This document shows positions 25,972 to 34,756 of a DNA stretch of 64,000 bases, in pieces. How positions within the stretch are numbered: position 1 is the first letter of the stretch; each line of letters begins with the position of its first letter. The stretch comes from Thiobacillus sp. (GTDB lineage Bacteria; Pseudomonadota; Gammaproteobacteria; Burkholderiales; Thiobacillaceae). The notes under the pieces were generated by a model, which saw only the letters and a program-made list of their open reading frames with translations, did no database searches and had not been told where the DNA came from. The stretch lies in contig JACKLQ010000004.1 in NCBI GenBank assembly GCA_024235835.1, forward strand, positions 101,132 through 165,131, in the 5' to 3' direction. The position numbers and the translations under genes are program-made.

Positions 25972-27143
25972 AGTCCGAACCTGTGGGCGCGGGAGGTGAA
26001 AAAGATGCCGCTGGGGGCCTCGGCGGGCAGTTCCTTGAGCTTGGCGAAGCTGGCGGTGTCGTACACCTCCAGGCGGTTGGCGTCCCGTACGGACAGCCAC
26101 ACGTGCTCACCCCGTGGCGTGAACTCCATGTGCAGCACGGCCTTGCCGGGCTTCATTTCGTGCACGATCTTTTGTGACGGCACGTCGATGACCTGCACCC
26201 TGTCGTAGTTGGGGAAGGCGAAGTTGACCCACAAGCGACGGCCGTCAGGCTGGGCCATGACGAATACCGGCTGGCCGGCCACAGGGATCACGCCCACCTG
26301 TTTCCAGGTGGACACGTCCACGATCACCACTTCATGGCGGCCGACGCCGGGAATGAAGGCCAGGTTGCCTACCATGGCCCAGGTCTCCAGGTGGGGCATC
26401 TTGTACACCGGCAGTTTTTCCTCGCCCCGGCCGTAGTCCGGCAGGGCCCGCTTCACACCGGCTTCCAGGTTCCAGGTGTCCAGCACGGCGATGCCGTTCT
26501 CGCCGTAAAGGCCGGCCACGTACCAGCGGCCGTCCGGGGAGATGAGGGCGTCGTAGGGCTGGGTGCCGATGTTGTGGAAGATGCTTATCCTGGGTTTCCT
26601 GGGGTCTTCGGCAAGATCCGCCACCCAGATCTCGCCCTTGTCCCACAGGCTGAAGGCGAAGCGGTTTCCCGGCACGTCCTCCAGGCCGATAACCTTGGAT
26701 TCCGTGGGAATGTCCGCCACCAGGTCCAGGGTCCCAGCGTCGAAGATTTTCACGCCGCCGGGGGTGTAGTTGGCGGCGGCGATGAAGCGGCCGTCCTGGG
26801 AAATGGCGCCGCCGATGGAATTGCCGGACTGGATGACGCGCTTGGCCACCGTGCCGGTGAGCAAGTCCACCTTGGTGAGTCCTCCGTCCCGGCCGAACAC
26901 GTAGGCGTACCGCGCATCCCGGGAGAACACGGCGGAGGCGTGGGAGAGGTCCCCCAGGCCCTCGATGCGGCCCAGGCTGGCAAGCTTGCTGGTGTCCAGC
27001 CATTGCAGGCTGCCCTTGGCCCGTTCCACGGCGATGCCCAGGTCGCCGGTGCCCCGCAGGGGGCCGCTGCCCGCCGGGTCCGAGGCCTGGGCCAACAGCG
27101 GCAGGCACAGCGCGAAGAGGGAAACGAATTTCTTGAGAGTCAT
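25968..27143 (-). CDS. nirF: Heme d1 biosynthesis protein NirF (cd1-like propeller, no heme c)
   Basis: Signal peptide and a propeller sequence homologous to the NirS d1 domain, with no CxxCH. It lies between nirC and nirDL. Confidence 0.88.
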   Translation of the reverse strand: MTLKKFVSLFALCLPLLAQASDPAGSGPLRGTGDLGIAVERAKGSLQWLDTSKLASLGRIEGLGDLSHASAVFSRDARYAYVFGRDGGLTKVDLLTGTVAKRVIQSGNSIGGAISQDGRFIAAANYTPGGVKIFDAGTLDLVADIPTESKVIGLEDVPGNRFAFSLWDKGEIWVADLAEDPRKPRISIFHNIGTQPYDALISPDGRWYVAGLYGENGIAVLDTWNLEAGVKRALPDYGRGEEKLPVYKMPHLETWAMVGNLAFIPGVGRHEVVIVDVSTWKQVGVIPVAGQPVFVMAQPDGRRLWVNFAFPNYDRVQVIDVPSQKIVHEMKPGKAVLHMEFTPRGEHVWLSVRDANRLEVYDTASFAKLKELPAEAPSGIFFTSRAHRFGL

Positions 27144-27586
27144 TCGGGAAATCCTTGTTGCAGGTTCTGTACGATCCAGCGGGTTTCCGCCTCCGTGAGG
27201 AAGGGCTCCCAGCCGGGCATGGCGGTGCCGGGAATGCCATGGCGGATGGCCGCCTCCAGGCTTTCCGCGGGTTTCTCACGCATGGCCTGGGCGGTAAGGG
27301 GCGAACCCAGGCCGCCGGTGAGGCGCAGGCCGTGGCAGAAGCCGCATTCCTGCCGCACCATGTGGACGAGTTCCTGCTGCCGTGCCGGGGAGGGTGCAGA
27401 AGCGCTTGCGTGGGCTGCGGCGGGGGTCACCAGGGAGGAGACAGCCAGGGCGGCCAGGGCCGCCAGTAACGTGAAGCCGGTGCCCGTGAGCATCAGCCAC
27501 CAGCCGGAGGGTGCCGGTCCCATGGAGACCTCGGGCTGCGTGGTGCGGCAGGATCGGCTTCCTGTCTCAGATCGAGTTGCTTGCAT
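27140..27586 (-). CDS. nirC: Cytochrome c55X NirC
   Basis: Single heme site CGFCHG and a downstream Met ligand region GTAMPGW. AGGAG lies 6 nt before the ATG at 27586. It overlaps the nirF start. Confidence 0.8.
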   Translation of the reverse strand: MQATRSETGSRSCRTTQPEVSMGPAPSGWWLMLTGTGFTLLAALAALAVSSLVTPAAAHASASAPSPARQQELVHMVRQECGFCHGLRLTGGLGSPLTAQAMREKPAESLEAAIRHGIPGTAMPGWEPFLTEAETRWIVQNLQQGFPE

Positions 27587-27641
27587 CGTTCACTCCTGTC
27601 CGGTTCGCGGGCCGCCCTCGTTGGAAGACGGCCGGGGAACC

Positions 27642-27663
27642 CGGCCACCCGCAAGGGTGGCCG
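27642..27663 (-). terminator. Stem-loop 18 nt after the nirS stop (attenuator or mRNA-stabilising hairpin)
   Basis: CGGCCACCC-TTGC-GGGTGGCCG on the coding strand, a perfect 9-bp stem with no U-tract. Confidence 0.45.
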
Positions 27664-27680
27664 AGCCGTTCAAGCAGCCA

Positions 27681-29471
<1,791 letters not shown>

Positions 29472-29477
29472 TCAACA

Positions 29478-29491
29478 TTGACCTTTGTCAA
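29478..29491. promoter_or_regulatory. FNR/DNR/NnrR-type box TTGAC-CTTT-GTCAA (nirS side)
   Basis: Perfect palindrome. Its centre is about 91 bp upstream of the nirS ATG, in the divergent nirS/nor intergenic region. Confidence 0.75.
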
Positions 29492-29518
29492 TCTAAGGAT
29501 ATGTAAATCTAGTTTTGG

Positions 29519-29532
29519 TTGATTTAAGTCAA
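29519..29532. promoter_or_regulatory. FNR/DNR/NnrR-type box TTGAT-TTAA-GTCAA (nor side)
   Basis: 9/10 palindrome. Its centre is about 65 bp upstream of the first nor-operon ORF. Confidence 0.75.
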
Positions 29533-29592
29533 ACGCATTAGTCGGGTATCTCGCCAACATCCGCCGCAACATTAATCGGAACGGAGATGGTC

Positions 29593-29940
29593 ATGATCCA
29601 ACCCGTAGAACTCGCCAATTTCTTCACCGTCTTCTTCAGCGCCGCGTCGGTCATCATGTTTGGCGCCACCTATGCCCTGCTGTTCGCCTATGCCCGGATC
29701 AGAAATCGTCCCGGGCTGATGCCCTTGGCCTACTTGGCCTATGTGGGCCTGTTCGCCGCCGTTTTGGTGCTGGCCTTCGCCGCCAACCTGTTCACCAACG
29801 GCTTCTGGACCTTCATCGTCCTGCTCATGCTGGTCGGTTATTTCGCTGCTCCCCATGGCATCTGGCACCTCTGCGTGCGGACCCACGAGCATGAACTGGA
29901 GGATGAAGGCTCCCCCATCAAGGTTTATCAACAGCGGTAA
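29593..29940 (+). CDS. Small (about 115 aa) 3-4 TM membrane protein, first gene of the nor operon
   Basis: Hydrophobic segments FFTVFFSAASVIMFGATYALLFAYA, LMPLAYLAYVGLFAAVLVLAFAA and FWTFIVLLMLVGYFAA, with an acidic tail. The GGAG spacing favours the ATG at 29593 over 29587. It ends 14 nt before norC. Confidence 0.7.
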   Translation: MIQPVELANFFTVFFSAASVIMFGATYALLFAYARIRNRPGLMPLAYLAYVGLFAAVLVLAFAANLFTNGFWTFIVLLMLVGYFAAPHGIWHLCVRTHEHELEDEGSPIKVYQQR

Positions 29941-29954
29941 CAGGAGGCATAGCC

Positions 29955-30650
29955 ATGTCACAGACGCAGACGTTGTGGTGGGCATCCGAATCCTTTTGGC
30001 GAAAGACTGCCATCTGGGTGACGGGTGGCTCGTTCATCATCCTCATCTTCCTCACCTTCGACACCATGTCGTACATCACGGCGGGCGGTAAGCAGGTGCC
30101 CGGGTATTCCATCATCAACAAGCAGGTGGATTACCAGTTCAACGAGGAGCAGAACCGCTACCTGCCGGTCATCGGTCCGGACGAGCCCCTGTTCGGCAAG
30201 ATGCTCACCGAGGAGGAAGCCGAGGCCCTGGTGTCCAAGGGCAAGCTCACCACCCAGGCGAAGAACTGCATGGAATGCCACACCCTGCTGGGCAACGGCG
30301 CCTACTTCGCGCCGGACCTGACCAAGGCCTGGCTGGACCCGGCCTGGGGCTCCAAGGAGGTGCGCGAGGAAAGCATGGTGGCCTTCCTCATGGACCCCAG
30401 CGACAAGCTGCATAACGCCGTGGGCCGCCGCATGCCCCGCCTGGGCATCACCGAGGAAGAGGCCCGCGCCACGGTGGCCTTCCTGAAGTGGATGAGCGCC
30501 ATCAACACCCTGGGCTTCCCCCATAACTTCAAGGCCATGGATCAGTCCGACCCCGAGCCGGCCGCCCCCGCCGCGGAAGCCGCGCCCATGGAAACCGCGC
30601 CCGCGGCGGATGCCCCCGCCGCGCCCGACGCCGCCCCGGCCCAACAATAA
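29955..30650 (+). CDS. norC: Nitric oxide reductase cytochrome c subunit NorC (extended form)
   Basis: N-terminal TM anchor, then NCMECHTLLGNGAYFAPDLT heme c motif and FLKWMS. An insertion precedes the heme site. The protein has a Pro/Ala-rich C-terminal tail of about 45 aa. AGGAGG RBS. Confidence 0.88.
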   Translation: MSQTQTLWWASESFWRKTAIWVTGGSFIILIFLTFDTMSYITAGGKQVPGYSIINKQVDYQFNEEQNRYLPVIGPDEPLFGKMLTEEEAEALVSKGKLTTQAKNCMECHTLLGNGAYFAPDLTKAWLDPAWGSKEVREESMVAFLMDPSDKLHNAVGRRMPRLGITEEEARATVAFLKWMSAINTLGFPHNFKAMDQSDPEPAAPAAEAAPMETAPAADAPAAPDAAPAQQ

Positions 30651-30662
30651 GGAGCACACAAA

Positions 30663-32105
30663 ATGGCAGCGCTAGGAATCTTCAGTACCGCCAACCTGAA
30701 CGGCGGCCAGAAACTGGCCATGAAGTACTTCACCGTCTCGTTGGCGCTGTTCGGCGCCCAGGTCCTGTTCGGGATGCTGGCGGGTCTGCAATACCTTTAT
30801 CCGGACTTCCTCTACGAAGTGGTGGATTTCTCGGTCAACCGTACCCTGCACGTCAACGCCCTGGTGGTGTGGTTGCTGTATGGCTTCATCGGCGGGGTCT
30901 ACTGGGTCCTGGAAGAGGAGGCCGGCGTCCCGGTAGTGGGGCTTGGCCTGGGGAACCTGATCTTCTGGATCCTCACCTCGGCCGTGGTGGTGGTCGTCCT
31001 GGTGTACCTGCTGGTCCAGGTGGGCCCCGCGGAGATGAGCACCATCTGGCTCATCAACGAAGGCCGTGAGTACATCGAGGCGCCGCGCTGGGCCGACATC
31101 GGCATCGTGGTCTCCGTGTTGACCTTCTTCTTCAACGTGGTCGCCACCTTCTCCAAGGGCAAGTACACCGGCATCGGCGGCGTACTGGTCATGGACCTGC
31201 TGGCCCTGTTCGGCCTGTACCTGGCCGGCATGTTCTACACCCCCAACATCTCCGTGGACCAGTTCTGGTGGTGGTGGGTGATCCACCTGTGGGTGGAGGC
31301 CACCTGGGAAGTGCTGGTGGGCTGCATCATGGCCTACATGCTGATCGTCACCCTGGGCGTGCGCCGCAAGATCGTGGAAACCTGGCTGTACATCGAGGTC
31401 GCCCTCATGTTCGGTTCCGGCATCCTGGGTCTGGGCCACCACTACTTCTGGATCGGCACGCCTGACTACTGGCTGACCATCGGCGGCTTCTTCTCCGCCC
31501 TGGAACCCATCCCCCTGGTGGCCATGGTGGTGCATGCGACGTTCGACGCCGGCGTGCACAAGCTGAAGAGCACCAATCACCCCGCCCTGGGCTGGACCAT
31601 CGCCCAGGCCTTCGGCAACTTCTTCGGCGCCGGCGTCTGGGGCTTCATGCACACCCTGCCCCAGATCAACCTGTACACCCACGGCACCCAGTGGTCCGCC
31701 TCCCACGGCCACCTGGCCTTCTTCGGCGCCTACTCCACGGCGGTGATCGGCTTCTTCTACCTGGCTGCCCAGAAGTCCCGGGGCAACGTGTGGATGAGCG
31801 CCCATTTCGCCGGTAACTGGAAGTGGAAGTGGGCCATGGCCCTGCTCTGGATCGGCATGATCGGCATGACCATGGGCATGCTGGTGGCCGGCTACGAGCA
31901 GTCCCAGATCGAGCGCGCCATCGAGGGTTCCACCTGGATGGGCTACTTCGCCGCCCAGGCCCACCCCTGGTTCGTGCAGGGCATGAAGTGGCGCATGATC
32001 TCCGGCTGGGCCTTCACCCTGGGCTACCTGCTCCTGGTTTGGGACCTGCTCACCATCGGCAAGGGCGAAACCCGTCCCTCCGCCGTGCACGAGCACGCCG
32101 CGTAA
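30663..32105 (+). CDS. norB: Nitric oxide reductase large subunit NorB
   Basis: 12-TM heme-copper-oxidase fold with HLWVE, GHHYFW and HGHLAFFG ligand motifs. AAGGAG RBS. Confidence 0.95.
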   Translation: MAALGIFSTANLNGGQKLAMKYFTVSLALFGAQVLFGMLAGLQYLYPDFLYEVVDFSVNRTLHVNALVVWLLYGFIGGVYWVLEEEAGVPVVGLGLGNLIFWILTSAVVVVVLVYLLVQVGPAEMSTIWLINEGREYIEAPRWADIGIVVSVLTFFFNVVATFSKGKYTGIGGVLVMDLLALFGLYLAGMFYTPNISVDQFWWWWVIHLWVEATWEVLVGCIMAYMLIVTLGVRRKIVETWLYIEVALMFGSGILGLGHHYFWIGTPDYWLTIGGFFSALEPIPLVAMVVHATFDAGVHKLKSTNHPALGWTIAQAFGNFFGAGVWGFMHTLPQINLYTHGTQWSASHGHLAFFGAYSTAVIGFFYLAAQKSRGNVWMSAHFAGNWKWKWAMALLWIGMIGMTMGMLVAGYEQSQIERAIEGSTWMGYFAAQAHPWFVQGMKWRMISGWAFTLGYLLLVWDLLTIGKGETRPSAVHEHAA

Positions 32106-32138
32106 CGAGTCCCCTCTCCTTAGACTCCTTCGGGTCTC

Positions 32139-32166
32139 GCCGCCGACGCAAGTCGGCGGTTTTTTT
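32139..32166 (+). terminator. Rho-independent terminator after norB
   Basis: CCGCCGAC-GCAA-GTCGGCGG followed by T8. Confidence 0.9.
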
Positions 32167-32272
32167 TCGTCTGGCGCCCACACCGCCGTCGTGGGTGGCC
32201 TGCCAGCATGTAACACTTCGCTCCCCGGGTTTCGGTAAGCTAGTCATACACGCGCAAAACCGGAGGTACGAC

Positions 32273-32935
32273 ATGCACGAATCCCACCACATCCTGGACA
32301 TCAAGAAAAAGCAGGTGGAGACCAACCTGGGCTCCCTGTCCCAACAAGTCAAGAACGCCATCGCCGAGGCCATGAATTGCCTGACGAGCCATGACCTTTC
32401 CTACTGCGACAGGCTGGTGCGGAACGACCTCAACCTCAACGAGCTCCGCCGCATCATCGAACAGGACTGCCTTGTGGCCATCGCCTCCCAGCAGCCGGTG
32501 GCTAACGACCTGCGGGATATCGTCGCCGACATGCGCATCGCCGCGGAACTGGAACGCATGGGGGACTATGCCAGCGACATCGCCTCCAGCATCCTGCGCA
32601 TGGACGAGGCCGGCCTGGAAAGCGTGGGCCTGGAGCATGTCCTGGACATGTCCCTGGCGTGCCGGCAGATGCTGATGGACGCAATGCAGGCCCACAAGGC
32701 CGGCGACACTGCCCTGGCCCGCCAGGTCGGTGCCATGGACGACGCGCTGGATGGCCGGATGTCCGCCATGGTAACCCTGGTCCTGGACGCCATGCGCGGG
32801 AACCCCGCCCTGGTGAACAACGGTTCCCGCATGCTGTGGATCGCCCACAATCTGGAACGCTGCGGCGACCGGGCCACCAATATCGCCGAGCAGGTGGTGT
32901 TCCGGGTGGAAGGCACCATCGAGGAACTGGACTAG
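32273..32935 (+). CDS. PhoU-domain protein
   Basis: Two PhoU repeats with ELERMGDYASDIA and NLERCGDRATNIAEQ. GGAGG lies before the ATG at 32273. The track ORF start at 31823 overlaps norB and was rejected. Confidence 0.85.
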   Translation: MHESHHILDIKKKQVETNLGSLSQQVKNAIAEAMNCLTSHDLSYCDRLVRNDLNLNELRRIIEQDCLVAIASQQPVANDLRDIVADMRIAAELERMGDYASDIASSILRMDEAGLESVGLEHVLDMSLACRQMLMDAMQAHKAGDTALARQVGAMDDALDGRMSAMVTLVLDAMRGNPALVNNGSRMLWIAHNLERCGDRATNIAEQVVFRVEGTIEELD

Positions 32936-32952
32936 GTCCGGGTGCGCAAGCC

Positions 32953-33606
32953 ATGATGGCCATTCCCGGGCCCGGGCTGTCATGGACGCGGGTGGTGCCG
33001 CTGATGTCGCTGGCCCTGTCCGGCCACGCAGCCGAGTTGCCCAATCGGGTCATCATCGAGCACGGCCCGTTGGTCATCGACCACACCCAGGGCATCTCCC
33101 AGATCACCCAGGCCCAGGCCAGGGGCGGGTTCAGGAGCTTGCATCGCGCCGCACACAAAGCCGAACTCGGCCTGGGCCTGTTCCAGAACCGCATGACCAG
33201 TACCCTTGAGACGGCGGCCACACCCGGAAAGGGCCTGGCCCTGGTGACCCGCATCAAGACCGAACCCATCATCTACATCGCCAGGGAATTCCCAGCCGAT
33301 TCCTGCGCCTACAAGGTGGTGCTGGCCCACGAGCACCAGCACTATCTTTATGACCGGGACGTGCTGCGGGCCCTGCCAGGGGAGATACGGGGCATCACCT
33401 GGTCAGCCTTCGCCAACCCTGTACCGGCCAGCCCGGCGGATCTGGAACGGGCCCGAAAGGTCTTCTTCCAGCAGTTCAGCCACGCCTACGACGGGCTGTC
33501 CTTCCCCCTGCATGGGCGCATCGACAACCCGGAGTCCTACGCCGCGCTCGCGGAATTGTGCCGGGGCGAGATCAAGACGCGCCTGGGGGCGGCGGGCGCC
33601 AAGTAG
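32953..33606 (+). CDS. Hypothetical secreted protein with HExxH motif
   Basis: Signal-like N-terminus, LAHEHQHYLYD (H-E-x-x-H) and two Cys. No family recognised. It starts 18 nt after the phoU-like stop. Confidence 0.6.
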   Translation: MMAIPGPGLSWTRVVPLMSLALSGHAAELPNRVIIEHGPLVIDHTQGISQITQAQARGGFRSLHRAAHKAELGLGLFQNRMTSTLETAATPGKGLALVTRIKTEPIIYIAREFPADSCAYKVVLAHEHQHYLYDRDVLRALPGEIRGITWSAFANPVPASPADLERARKVFFQQFSHAYDGLSFPLHGRIDNPESYAALAELCRGEIKTRLGAAGAK

Positions 33607-33679
33607 TCCGGGGCAGCGGAGCGCGCCCGGGGATGAGACCGGTCGTCGAACCCCGGACTCGCCTGGCTCCTCCGGCTAC
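33603..33679. repeat. REP-like element, GTAGYCCGGAGG...GAGTCCGGGG family
   Basis: GTAGTCCGGGG (33603) is complementary to CCCCGGACT (33650). The reverse complement of 33650..33679 closely matches the units at 37444..37530. It lies between convergent genes. Confidence 0.6.
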
Positions 33680-34599
33680 AGATCCGCCAGGGTCTTGATG
33701 TGGGCCGCCACGCTGCGACCCAGGGGAGAGAGCTCGTAGCCCCCTTCCAGCACGGAAACGATGCGCCGCCGGCCATATTTGGCCGCCACGGCCATGAGCT
33801 GCTCGGTGATCCAGACATAGTCCGCCTCCACCAGGCCGAACTGGCCCATGTCGTCTTCCAGGTGGGAATCGAAGCCGGCGGAGATGAGGATCAGTTCGGG
33901 CTTGAAGGCCTCCAGACGGGGCAGCACCTGCTCCTCGAAGACCGCCCGGTACTGCTTGCCCGTGGTGCCCCCCGGCAGGGGGATATTGATGATGTGCTCG
34001 TTAGAGGTGTCCGCGCAGCAGAAGGGGTAGAAGGGATGCTGGAAGGTGGAGCAGAGCATGACACGGGAATCGTCCCGGAAGATGTCCTCGGTGCCGTTGC
34101 CGTGGTGCACGTCGAAGTCCACGATGGCCACCCGGTGCACATCATGCCGCGCCAGGGCATGGGCCGCCGCCAGGGCCACGTTGTTGAAGATGCAGAAGCC
34201 CATGGCCTGGTTGCGGGTGGCGTGGTGCCCGGGGGGGCGGCAGGCCACGAAGGCGCTTTCCACCTCGCCCACCATCACCAGGTCCACAGCATGCACGGCA
34301 CCGCCGGCGGCGTGGAGGGCAGCCTCCAGGGTGTGGGGGTTCATGGCGGTATCGCCGTCCAGGTGGGCAAGCCCCTCCTTGGGAGCGTTGGCGAAAATGG
34401 CATCCACGTAGGCCGGGTCATGCACCAGGATCAATTCTTCCCGCCCCACTTTGGGTGCATGTCGATGCACCAGATAGTCAAAGAGGTGGGCGGCATGGAG
34501 ACGGTCGTCGATGGCTTTCAGACGGGCCGGGCTCTCGGGATGCCAGGAGCTCATTTCATGTTTGAGGCAGGCAGGATGCGTGATGTAGGCAGTATGCAT
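33676..34599 (-). CDS. Histone deacetylase-family (class II HDAC/AcuC-like) deacetylase
   Basis: RPPGHHA, DFDVHHGNGTE and SAGFDSH catalytic motifs. Start trimmed to the ATG at 34599 (MHTAYITHP). Confidence 0.9.
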   Translation of the reverse strand: MHTAYITHPACLKHEMSSWHPESPARLKAIDDRLHAAHLFDYLVHRHAPKVGREELILVHDPAYVDAIFANAPKEGLAHLDGDTAMNPHTLEAALHAAGGAVHAVDLVMVGEVESAFVACRPPGHHATRNQAMGFCIFNNVALAAAHALARHDVHRVAIVDFDVHHGNGTEDIFRDDSRVMLCSTFQHPFYPFCCADTSNEHIINIPLPGGTTGKQYRAVFEEQVLPRLEAFKPELILISAGFDSHLEDDMGQFGLVEADYVWITEQLMAVAAKYGRRRIVSVLEGGYELSPLGRSVAAHIKTLADL

Positions 34600-34756
34600 G
34601 GTGACTGTCTTGATATGGTGCACTGCAAAAAATATACGCCCGAACGCGTAATACAGCATTCATGTTGGGGTAACCTAACCGGGCATATGCTTTGCATGCA
34701 AGGGTACACCCCAAGACATCCATCGCGCGCATTTCTCGACATCAGGGACTGATTCA

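Noticed and set aside
31823-32272. Upstream extension of the PhoU-like ORF (track start 31823).
   Set aside because: It overlaps the 3' end of norB and crosses the norB terminator. A GGAGG RBS and ATG at 32273 give a normal 220-aa two-repeat PhoU protein.
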